This document shows positions 54,671 to 62,526 of a stretch of 64,000 bases of DNA, piece by piece (position 1 is the first letter of the stretch; each line of letters starts with the position of its first letter). Source of the stretch: Acidobacteriota bacterium (GTDB lineage: Bacteria > Acidobacteriota > Vicinamibacteria > Vicinamibacterales > JAKQTR01); the NCBI GenBank assembly GCA_029562975.1, contig JAKQTR010000040.1, positions 64,683 through 128,682 on the forward strand, read 5' to 3'. The notes under the pieces were generated by a model. It did no database searches. It saw nothing but the letters and a program-made list of their open reading frames with translations, and was not told the origin of the DNA. The position numbers and the translations under genes were made by a program.

Positions 54671-57097
54671 ATGCCCGTGTTCGGACTCTATTACCGCGGC
54701 CGCGCCCTCCTCGTCCGAGCCTCCGACCGCTTCGGCGCCTGGTGCGACGCGAAAACCGCAGACGCCTACGCCCTCGCGTCTCCCGCGCGCCAACGCGCGG
54801 CGCGGGCGTTCTTCCAGTGGCTCGGAAGCCTGGCGCACACCGCCAAGCTCCTGCCAAGGCTCGACGCCGTCAGGCTGGTAGGGCCCCAATGGACCGCGGT
54901 CTGGGTGGGCGACCCGCTCCTGGCGCGGGAACTGGAGGTCCTGCTCTTCCCCGACGGCGCGGAGCGGCACCCGCTGCCGCGGGTGGCGGCATGGTCGCTT
55001 CCGCGGTTTGCGCGAAAGTGCCTGGACGAAGCGGATGTCGTCGTCTGCGCCCTGCCGCGCCGGTGGCCCCGGTTCTGGCGGCCTTCCGCGCCCGTGGCGT
55101 TCACGTGTCCGGTCTTCGTGAACGCGGTCATGGACATCCGGAGGCCGATCGAGGAGATCGTCAGCGGCACCCGCGGCGACTCGCTCAGGCGGCAACTGCG
55201 GATCGGGGGACAGGCTGGATTGGCCGTCCGCCTGACCGCGTCGCGAACCGACTGGGAACGCTTCTACCTGCAGATGTACCGCCCGCACGTGGAGCGGCGG
55301 CACGGCGACAGGGCGCTGGTCAGCCCGCCGGACGATCACTGGCGGGAGTGGATTGAACCCGGCGGCCACCTGCTCCTCCTCGAAGAAGACGGCAGCCCGC
55401 TGGCCGGCGCCCTCGTTCGAATCGTCGGCCGCGTGTGCTTCCTCGGGGAAGAGGGCGTCGCTCAGCTGCCCAGGGCCGTCGAGGTGGGATACGGGCTGCG
55501 CGCCCTGCTCAGGCGCTCCGCCGTCGAGTACGCGCGCTCGTCCGGCGCGGCGGCCTTCGTCATGGGCCGGAGCCTCGCCCGAACCAGCGACCCCGTGCTG
55601 GCGAGCAAGCTCCAGTGGGGGCCGGCGATCGTGCCGCCCGAACGCTGCCTGCATCCGGAGTGGACGTTCCTGGCGGCGGCGGTCGCGGATCCGCTGCGTA
55701 AGCATCTGAACAGCCAGGGCTTGATCGCGTTCACGGCGGGGCGAGCCGGCGTCGTGTCGATCGGCCCGCCGGACAAGGTGCAGCAGCACGCCGCGTCGAA
55801 GGTGGGGCACTCGCTGGTCGTCCAGGCCGGCTCGAGGAACGTGCTGGTTCCGACTGGCGCTGCCCCGGCGGAGCAGGAGCCTGGATTGCCGCACGCCTGG
55901 GGCGCGGGGCTCTACTACAGGACGCGCCGGCGGACGGTCGAGATCATCGACCGCCTGGGCCTGTGGTGCGATCTCCGCACGTCGGATGCGTTCCGGCTGC
56001 GAAGTCCCCGGCTCAGAAAGGCGGTTCAGGGCGCATGCCAGGGGGCGGGAAGACTCGCGCACGTCATCAAGCTCCTGCCCCGGCTGGACGCCGTGCGGCT
56101 GGAGGCGCCGGGCTGGAGCGTGGTCAGCGTCGGCGACACGAACCTCGACAAGGAGCTGGAGCACCTGCTGTGCCCGCACGGCGCGTCGAAGACGCCGCTG
56201 CCCAGAGTGGCGGCGTGGAGCCTTCCGCGATTCGTGCAGGAGCACCTCCGTGTGGCAGACCTCGTGGTCTGCTCCCTCCCGGGAGCGTGGCCCGGTGTCT
56301 GGCGCCCCCGCGGACCGCTTGTCGTCAGAGTACCGATTCTCGTCGAGGCCGAGCTGGACATTGCGGCGCCGGTCGGAGAGATCCTGCGGGGCTCGGCGCG
56401 AGAGGCGCTCCGGCGGCAGCTCAGGAAGAGCCAGGAGGCCGGCTTGCAGCCGCGGCTCACCCGCGAACGGGCCGATCTGGAGCGCTTCTACCGCGAGATG
56501 TACGTGCCGCACGTCCGCGCGCGGCACGGCTCTCGCGCCTTCGTCAGCGCCTTCAGCGACCACTGGGAGCGTTGGATCGTGCCTGGCGGCCGCCTGCTGC
56601 TCCTGGAACGGGACGGAAGACCGCTCGTCGGCGTCCTCCTCCGCGTTGTCGGCGCGGTCTGCTTCGCCGGAGAAGAGGGACTTGCGCAGACTGATGAGGC
56701 CAGGGATCACGGATACGGGCTCCGGACGGCGTTGAGGGTCGCCTCAATCGAGTACGCGCGCTCCGCCGGCGCGAGGCGCTTCGTCATGGGGCGCAGCCTG
56801 TCGAGGGGCAGCAGTCACGTGCTGATGAACAAGCTGCAGTGGGGGCCGGAGATCGTGGCGGCGCGGCGGTGCCTGCAGCCCGAATGGACGTTCGTGGCGT
56901 CGCGCCTGGAGGGCCCGCTGCGCGAGCGCCTCAACGAGCACGGGCTGATCGCGCTCGTCTCCGGGCGGCCCTGCACGGTGTCGTTCGGCGAGCCGACCGC
57001 GGCCGGGTTCCGCCACGCCGTGAAGACGGGGTCGGTGCTCGTCGTGGAGGCCGGCCGGCCCCACAGGCTGATCGCTGCCGGCGCCGGGCCGGCGTAA
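54671..57097 (+). CDS. tandem double CelD/FemAB-like GNAT-fold protein (two ~400-aa modules in one ORF)
   Basis: 808-aa ORF. Residues ~1-400 and ~409-808 align with each other at an offset of 408 aa. Examples are GLYYRG/GLYYRT, LPRLDAVRL in both, LPRVAAWSLPRF in both, and FVMGRSL in both. Both halves also align with the 404-aa protein at 24882..26096. Confidence 0.65.
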   Translation: MPVFGLYYRGRALLVRASDRFGAWCDAKTADAYALASPARQRAARAFFQWLGSLAHTAKLLPRLDAVRLVGPQWTAVWVGDPLLARELEVLLFPDGAERHPLPRVAAWSLPRFARKCLDEADVVVCALPRRWPRFWRPSAPVAFTCPVFVNAVMDIRRPIEEIVSGTRGDSLRRQLRIGGQAGLAVRLTASRTDWERFYLQMYRPHVERRHGDRALVSPPDDHWREWIEPGGHLLLLEEDGSPLAGALVRIVGRVCFLGEEGVAQLPRAVEVGYGLRALLRRSAVEYARSSGAAAFVMGRSLARTSDPVLASKLQWGPAIVPPERCLHPEWTFLAAAVADPLRKHLNSQGLIAFTAGRAGVVSIGPPDKVQQHAASKVGHSLVVQAGSRNVLVPTGAAPAEQEPGLPHAWGAGLYYRTRRRTVEIIDRLGLWCDLRTSDAFRLRSPRLRKAVQGACQGAGRLAHVIKLLPRLDAVRLEAPGWSVVSVGDTNLDKELEHLLCPHGASKTPLPRVAAWSLPRFVQEHLRVADLVVCSLPGAWPGVWRPRGPLVVRVPILVEAELDIAAPVGEILRGSAREALRRQLRKSQEAGLQPRLTRERADLERFYREMYVPHVRARHGSRAFVSAFSDHWERWIVPGGRLLLLERDGRPLVGVLLRVVGAVCFAGEEGLAQTDEARDHGYGLRTALRVASIEYARSAGARRFVMGRSLSRGSSHVLMNKLQWGPEIVAARRCLQPEWTFVASRLEGPLRERLNEHGLIALVSGRPCTVSFGEPTAAGFRHAVKTGSVLVVEAGRPHRLIAAGAGPA

Positions 57098-57160
57098 GGC
57101 GTCCCGGAGCTTTCCGGAGCGCGGGGCGAGGGACGAGACGGAGCCGGAGCGCCCGCCCCA

Positions 57161-58027
57161 TCAGGCCCGCGCGCGCCCCGCGAGGTAGTCGTCGAGGGCG
57201 GCGCGCCAGTCCCTCGGCGCGCGCGCAACGGAGCCGAGCTTCGCGCTCGACATGGCGCAGTGCTGCGGACGCGCGGCCCGGCCGGGGGCGTGCGCGAAGG
57301 GCACCGCCTCCAGCAGCTCGGGACGGCCGCAGGCGGCCAGGATGTGGCCGGCGATGTCGGCCCACGCGCACCAGTCCGACGAGCCGCAGTGGTAGAGGCC
57401 GAATGGCGCGCCCCGCCCGACGAGATCGAGCGTCGCCCTGACGACGTCCGGGACGTAGCTGGGGGAGACCGTGCGATCGGCGAACGCCCTGACGGGCCCG
57501 CCGGCCGAGGCCTGCCGCACGAACCAGTCGACGGTCGTCCTGCCCGTGTGCCCGCCGTAGAGGCTCGACAGGCGCAGCACGTAGTGCTTCGGCGCCGCGG
57601 CGGCGAAGCGCTCGCCGGCGAGCTTCGTCGCGCCGTACACGGACTGCGGCGCGGGCTCGTCGTCTTCGGCGTACGGGCGATCCAGCCGCCCGTCGAAGAC
57701 GAACTCGCTCGAGTAGTGCACCAGCACGGCGCCCAGATCGCGCGCGAGGCCGGCCAGGGTCCAGGCGGCCTCGGCGTTCACGCGGTACGCCTCCAGCGGG
57801 CGCGCCTCGGCGCCATCGACGTCGTTGAACGCGGCGCAGTTCAGAATCAGCGACGGCCCCGACGACCGCACCGCGTCGCGCACGCGAGCGGGCTCGGTGA
57901 GGTCGAGCTCGTCCAGATCGACGGCCGTGAGCTCGCCTTCACGGGAGAGCCGCGACACGAAGGCGGCACCGAGCTGGCCCTTCGACCCGGCGACGAAGAT
58001 GCGCCGCAGAAGCGCGGCGTCCCTCAC
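57161..58027 (-). CDS. rfbD: dTDP-4-dehydrorhamnose reductase
   Basis: The GTG at 58027 overlaps the rfbB stop as GTGA. 'IFVAGSKGQLG', 'ILNCAAFNDVDGAE' and 'SVYGATKLAGE' (YxxxK). Confidence 0.8.
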   Translation of the reverse strand: MRDAALLRRIFVAGSKGQLGAAFVSRLSREGELTAVDLDELDLTEPARVRDAVRSSGPSLILNCAAFNDVDGAEARPLEAYRVNAEAAWTLAGLARDLGAVLVHYSSEFVFDGRLDRPYAEDDEPAPQSVYGATKLAGERFAAAAPKHYVLRLSSLYGGHTGRTTVDWFVRQASAGGPVRAFADRTVSPSYVPDVVRATLDLVGRGAPFGLYHCGSSDWCAWADIAGHILAACGRPELLEAVPFAHAPGRAARPQHCAMSSAKLGSVARAPRDWRAALDDYLAGRARA

Positions 58028-59043
58028 GCAGGACCTCGCTCGGCGTAATGGGCCTTGTAGTACGCCCGGTAGGCGGGATCCTGGCGCTTGATCGGCTCCC
58101 ACCACCACGGGTTTGCCTTGTACCACTCGACGGTGGCGGCCAGCCCCGCGTCGAACTCGCAGCGCGGCGTCCAGCCGAGCGCCTGCAGCTTCGCCGTGTC
58201 CAGGGCATAGCGGCGGTCGTGGCCGGGGCGGTCGGCCACGGGGCGGATGAGCGTCTCGGGCTTTCCCAGCAGCGCGAGGATGCGCCGCGTCAAGTCGATG
58301 TTCGGCACCTCGTTGCCGCCGCCGATGTTGTACACCTGGCCGTCTAGGCCCTTCTCGATCACGAGGTCGAGGGCGCGGCAGTGGTCCTCGACGTGCAGCC
58401 AGTCGCGCACGTTCAGGCCGTCGCCGTAGAGCGGAAGCCCCTGATCCTCGAGGGCGTTCGTGATGAAGAGCGGAATCACCTTCTCGGGGAACTGGTACGG
58501 CCCGTAGTTGTTCGACGCGCGCGTGATGACGACGGGCACCTTGTAAGTGGCCCAGTAGCTGTAGGCCAGCCGATCGGCGGCGGCCTTGCTCGCCGAGTAC
58601 GGGTTGCGCGGCAGGAGCTCGTCCGTTTCCTTCGACGCGCCGGTCGGCACCGAGCCGTAGACCTCGTCGGTCGAGATCTGGACGAACCGCCGCAGGGCCT
58701 TCGCCCCCCGCGCCGCCTCGAGCAGGGCGAAGGTGCCGAGGACGTCGGTCTGGATGAACTCGTCGGCGCTCTGAATCGACCGGTCCACGTGCGTCTCGGC
58801 CGCGAAGTGCACGACGATGTGCGACTCGCGCACGAGCGGCGCGCTGACGGCGGCGTCGCGGATGTCGGCCTTCACGAAGCGGTGCCGCGGGTCGTCGGCG
58901 ACGTCGTGCAAGTTCTCCAGCCGCCCGCAGTAAGTCAGCTTGTCCAGCGTGGTGACGCGCCAGTCGGGGTGCTGGCGCAGGGCATAGCGGACGAAGTTGC
59001 TGCCGATGAACCCGGCGCCTCCGGTGACGAGTACCTTGGTCAT
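58024..59043 (-). CDS. rfbB: dTDP-glucose 4,6-dehydratase
   Basis: ATG at 59043 ('MTKVLVTGGAGFIGSNFV'). 'ISTDEVYG', 'PYSASKAAAD' and 'NNYGPYQFPEKVIPLFI'. Confidence 0.9.
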   Translation of the reverse strand: MTKVLVTGGAGFIGSNFVRYALRQHPDWRVTTLDKLTYCGRLENLHDVADDPRHRFVKADIRDAAVSAPLVRESHIVVHFAAETHVDRSIQSADEFIQTDVLGTFALLEAARGAKALRRFVQISTDEVYGSVPTGASKETDELLPRNPYSASKAAADRLAYSYWATYKVPVVITRASNNYGPYQFPEKVIPLFITNALEDQGLPLYGDGLNVRDWLHVEDHCRALDLVIEKGLDGQVYNIGGGNEVPNIDLTRRILALLGKPETLIRPVADRPGHDRRYALDTAKLQALGWTPRCEFDAGLAATVEWYKANPWWWEPIKRQDPAYRAYYKAHYAERGPA

Positions 59044-59591
59044 AGGGTGTCGAAGACCTCGCAGTCGGCCAGCCGCTTCCCGGCGAGATCCTTGGCCGAG
59101 AGCGTCGGCGGCGCCTCGAGCGGCCACGCGATGCCCACGTCGGGATCGTTCCAGAGCAGCGAGCGCTCGTTTTGTGGGGCGTAGTAGTCGGTCGTCTTGT
59201 AGATGGTCTCCGCGGCGTCCGACGTCACGAGGAAGCCGTGGGCGAACCCTTCGGGCACCCAGAGCTGCCGCTTGTTCTGGGCGGAGAGCGTCGTGCCGAC
59301 CCACCTGCCGAACGTCGGCGAGCTGCGGCGCAGATCCACGACGACATCGAAGACCTCGCCCGAGACAACGCGGACGAGCTTCCCCTGCGGCTGGCGGACC
59401 TGGTAGTGGAGCCCGCGCAGGACGTTGCGCACCGAGCGCGAGTGATTGTCCTGGACGAACGAGCGGACGCATCCCGTCGCCCGCCGGAACGCCTCCTCCC
59501 GGTAGCTCTCGAAGAAGAACCCGCGGTCGTCCCCGTGCACGACCGGCTCGAAGACGAGCACGCCGGGAATCGCCGTGTGAACGACGTTCAT
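59040..59591 (-). CDS. rfbC: dTDP-4-dehydrorhamnose 3,5-epimerase
   Basis: ATG at 59591 (the track's start at 59597 is a GTG). 'DDRGFFFESY', 'QDNHSRS..VLRGLHYQ' and 'VPEGFAHGF'. Its stop overlaps the rfbB start as ATGA. Confidence 0.9.
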   Translation of the reverse strand: MNVVHTAIPGVLVFEPVVHGDDRGFFFESYREEAFRRATGCVRSFVQDNHSRSVRNVLRGLHYQVRQPQGKLVRVVSGEVFDVVVDLRRSSPTFGRWVGTTLSAQNKRQLWVPEGFAHGFLVTSDAAETIYKTTDYYAPQNERSLLWNDPDVGIAWPLEAPPTLSAKDLAGKRLADCEVFDTL

Positions 59592-59663
59592 CTGCACCGT
59601 TCCTCTCGCGCTGCCTCGGCCGCCAGCCGGTCGCCCTTCACCCGCGGCGTCCGGCCGCTTCCA

Positions 59664-61466
59664 TCATCCGCCGATCTTCGCCCGCAGGGCCTTGACCTCG
59701 TCTCCGCTCTCGAGGTCGGGCTGGAGCCGGACGGCTTCCTTCAGCTCGGCCGCCGCCTCGTCGACTCGGCCGAGCGCGGCGTAGATCGCCGAGAGGTGCA
59801 GCCGGTGCATGGCGCTCGACGAGGCGGACCTGGCCGCCTGCTCCTGGATGGGCAGGGCCTCGGCGTCGCGTCCCAGGAGATGCAGCACCCAGGCGTATGT
59901 ATCCGCGATCTCCGGGCTCCGTCCGCCCGAGAGCCTGTACGCCCGTTCCGCGTGGGGAAGCGCTTCGGCGGCCTGGCCCTTCCGCACCGCCAGCGCGTAG
60001 GCGAGGTTGTTGAGCGCCAGCACGTTGCCCGCCTGCTCGGCCAGCACGAGCCGGTAGCGCTCGATGGCCTTGTCGGTGTCCTGGCCGGCCTCGTATTCAC
60101 CCGCAAGCTGAAGGTGCGCCCCGACGAGCGTCGCATCGAGGGCCGTCGCCTCTTCGAGCGCCTTCCGCGCCCCGGCCTTGTCGCCGCCGGAGGCGAGCGC
60201 CTCCGCCCGCAGGACCGCCCGGGCCGCGTCGGGACGCGTGCCGGCCGATGTCAGCACCTGCAGGCGCCGCTCGGCAAACCGCGCGGGCAGCCCCGACGCC
60301 GAGTCGAGGCCCGCGTCGATGTCGGACGAAGGCACCGCCCGGCGCGGGAAGGGCGCGCAGAGGGGATCGCCAACCACTACGGTCCGCCAGCTCACGTACG
60401 GCATCGCCAGGTAGAACGACTCGGCCAGGTTGAAGCCGGCCGCGTAGGCCGGAAAGAGGATGTCGGGACGGATCGTGGCGTCCAGGAACGGCTCGTCCAC
60501 GTGAGCGGCAATGCCGGTCACGCCTTCCCGGATGAGATCGCCGGCGAGCGACTGCGGAGAGCCGGCAAAGAAGCCGGCCCGGTCGGTCCACCTGCCGATC
60601 GTCCATCCGGCGGGCGGCTCCGTGAAGGTGCGGCCGTCCGTGCTGACGAACGTGCCGGCAATGGCGCCGGGCACGAAGCCGAGGTCGAGCCGGCGCTTGG
60701 TGATCGCCGCGTCGTTCGATCCCCAGGAGAAGTAGCCAAGGACGTCCTTTTCGCCCGTCAGGGCCTTGCCGGTGGGCTCGAGCACGACGCGATCCCCCAG
60801 GCCCGCTTCGCGAAGGCGCGCGGCCGCGGCGGCCAGCCACCGGTTGCCGGCGCTCTCCGCTGGCCCGGCTTCCTGGTCCAGCAGGAAGCGGCCCTCGCGC
60901 GACGGAGCTGCCCCCCGGTCGATGAGCCCGACGACATCCGCCGCCGTGAAGCCGTCGAGGCGGACGACGAGGTACAGCTCGGAAGTCGCGCGGCTGAACG
61001 GTCCTGCCTCCGCGATCGGCGCCGCGCCGAGGAAGTACGGATTGGGGATGCGCCCGGCCACCGCCGGCTCGCGTCCAAGCAGCCGCTGGTAGAGCAGCGT
61101 CAACTCCGAGTCCACGCTCGCGGCCGTGCCGTCGCGGCCGGGGGTGCCTTTGACCCGGAGCGGGACGCCTTTCGCCAGAACGATGTAGAGGATGCGATCC
61201 TGGGCGGCGTGCTGGCGCAGCCAGTTGGCGATGGGCGCCTGGATCTGGGTGTTGAATGCCGCCCGCTCGATCTCGTCTGCGACCTCCGCCTTGATGCGGA
61301 GCACCTGGTCGGCCGGCACGCTGCGGCTGTGGGCGTAGTACTCGGCGATCCGGACCGAATCTGGGTGCGCCTCGTTGGCGACCACGAGCACGTTGGCGCC
61401 GGTCTGGGCGAGAGCCGGCGCCGCGAGGACCAGCGCCGCGAGGACCGCGGACAGCAAGCGATGCAT
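59664..61466 (-). CDS. secreted protein: N-terminal domain resembling the TIGR03790 conserved-hypothetical family, fused to C-terminal TPR repeats
   Basis: ATG at 61466 with a signal peptide. 'VLVVANEAHPDSVRIAEYYAHSRSVPADQVL' and 'IAAHVDEPFLD..VVGDPLCAPF'. The last ~200 aa are TPR-like ('ALNNLAYALAV..', 'ADTYAWVLHLLG'). Confidence 0.55.
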   Translation of the reverse strand: MHRLLSAVLAALVLAAPALAQTGANVLVVANEAHPDSVRIAEYYAHSRSVPADQVLRIKAEVADEIERAAFNTQIQAPIANWLRQHAAQDRILYIVLAKGVPLRVKGTPGRDGTAASVDSELTLLYQRLLGREPAVAGRIPNPYFLGAAPIAEAGPFSRATSELYLVVRLDGFTAADVVGLIDRGAAPSREGRFLLDQEAGPAESAGNRWLAAAAARLREAGLGDRVVLEPTGKALTGEKDVLGYFSWGSNDAAITKRRLDLGFVPGAIAGTFVSTDGRTFTEPPAGWTIGRWTDRAGFFAGSPQSLAGDLIREGVTGIAAHVDEPFLDATIRPDILFPAYAAGFNLAESFYLAMPYVSWRTVVVGDPLCAPFPRRAVPSSDIDAGLDSASGLPARFAERRLQVLTSAGTRPDAARAVLRAEALASGGDKAGARKALEEATALDATLVGAHLQLAGEYEAGQDTDKAIERYRLVLAEQAGNVLALNNLAYALAVRKGQAAEALPHAERAYRLSGGRSPEIADTYAWVLHLLGRDAEALPIQEQAARSASSSAMHRLHLSAIYAALGRVDEAAAELKEAVRLQPDLESGDEVKALRAKIGG

Positions 61467-61728
61467 CGTTACGATTATCGACGGTTTTCACCGCGCGCGT
61501 GAGAGCCCGCCTCGACCAGGAGCGGCCGCGCAAGCGCGGAGCGGTCGTCGCCGATGCGAGGGTGGCGCCGGAGCGTCTCGAGCCCGCAAGCGGAATGTGC
61601 GAGGTGCCCGGGTCCCGGACGCGGCAATTCCTGCCGCCAGCTGCCGGCGGGATCAAGTTTCCGGCTGGGAAACCGGGCTTCGTTTCGCGGTGGGTCGCCG
61701 GCACGGGCCGTGCACACATGGAAGGCCG

Positions 61729-61764
61729 TTGACAGAGGCCAGCACGTACTACATTATGTAGTAC
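61729..61764 (+). promoter_or_regulatory. candidate sigma70-type promoter TTGACA-N17-CATTAT plus a 19-bp palindromic operator (GTACTACAT-t-ATGTAGTAC), 7 nt before the antitoxin ATG
   Basis: TTGACA at 61729-61734 and CATTAT at 61752-61757. The perfect inverted repeat at 61746-61764 overlaps the -10 element and the predicted +1. ATG is at 61765. Confidence 0.45.
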
Positions 61765-62016
61765 ATGAATCCCAGGGCCGTTTCCATGCGGGAGCTCCAG
61801 CAGAACCTGAAGAAGGTGGTCGCCCGCGTCGAGCGCGGCGAGACCGTCCAGTTGACGAAGCGCCGGCGCGTCGTGGCCAAGCTGGTGCCGGTCTGGCCGC
61901 AGAAGCCCGCCGAGCCGTGGCCCGACCTCGACGCGCGCATGCGGGCGATCTTCGGAGACCGGATGATCACGCCGTCGCCCTCCGAGGAGTTGATCAAGGA
62001 GCGCGGCGAGTGGTGA
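61765..62016 (+). CDS. type II antitoxin, Phd/YefM-like
   Basis: 83 aa. 'VSMRELQQNLKKVVARVERGETVQLTKRRRVVAKLVPV' is a typical Phd/YefM-type N-terminus. It overlaps the downstream PIN gene. Confidence 0.7.
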   Translation: MNPRAVSMRELQQNLKKVVARVERGETVQLTKRRRVVAKLVPVWPQKPAEPWPDLDARMRAIFGDRMITPSPSEELIKERGEW

Positions 62017-62459
62017 ACGCCTACTTCGACTCGAGCGTGCTTGTGGCGTTCTACCTCGTCGAATCGCACTCGTACGCGGCGCGCCGGGCGGTGACCGGCA
62101 CGCCGCGCGTGCCGTTCACGTCGCTCCATCGCCTGGAGGTGCGGAACACCTTCCGGGTGCAGGTGGGCCGGGAGCGAATGACCAGCGAGGAATCCGAGGG
62201 GGTGCTTCGGGTTCTGGAGGAAGACGTCGCCGCCGGGCGGCTCGCGCCGACGCCGCTGGATCTCTACGCGGTCTTCGCGCGGGCGGAGGGGCTGTCCGCC
62301 AAGTACACGAGACAGCTGCTCTCACGCAGCCTCGACGTCCTGCACGTGGCCGCGGCGCTCGAACTGGGCTGCACGCGCTTCGTGTCGTTCGATGCCCGCC
62401 AGGTGAAGCTCGCCGCGGCCGCCGGCCTGCGCGCCGCCGTCCCCCCGCCGGCAGCGTGA
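62013..62459 (+). CDS. vapC: type II toxin, PIN-domain ribonuclease VapC-like
   Basis: The in-frame GTG at 62013 (or 62010) overlaps the antitoxin TGA. 'AYFDSSVLVAFY' carries the first acidic residue. 'SLDVLHVAAALELGCTRFVSFDARQ' is typical of the VapC C-terminal region. Confidence 0.7.
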   Translation: MNAYFDSSVLVAFYLVESHSYAARRAVTGTPRVPFTSLHRLEVRNTFRVQVGRERMTSEESEGVLRVLEEDVAAGRLAPTPLDLYAVFARAEGLSAKYTRQLLSRSLDVLHVAAALELGCTRFVSFDARQVKLAAAAGLRAAVPPPAA

Positions 62460-62526
62460 CCCCGCCAGCGCAGCGAGCCTTGCCCCTTGTCCCGGTCTGT
62501 CTGGCGCCTGGCGCCCGGCCCCATGC

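Noticed and set aside
57104-57117. Possible terminator hairpin after the tandem CelD gene (CCGGA-gctt-TCCGG)
   Set aside because: The stem is only 5 bp. The adjacent CCGGAGC sequences are direct repeats, not inverted repeats. The evidence is too weak to call.
22135-61466. Exosortase/PEP-CTERM system
   Set aside because: Some GT4 and FemAB-like genes resemble PEP-CTERM-associated families. I found no exosortase (EpsH-like polytopic protein with the conserved Cys/Arg/His pattern) and no protein ending in a PEP-CTERM sorting signal in this window.
61621-61640. Minus-strand CTGGCGGCAGGAATTGCCGC upstream of the TPR/rfb operon as a sigma54 promoter
   Set aside because: The GG and GC are separated by 11 nt rather than 10. 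Sigma54 promoters tolerate spacing changes poorly.
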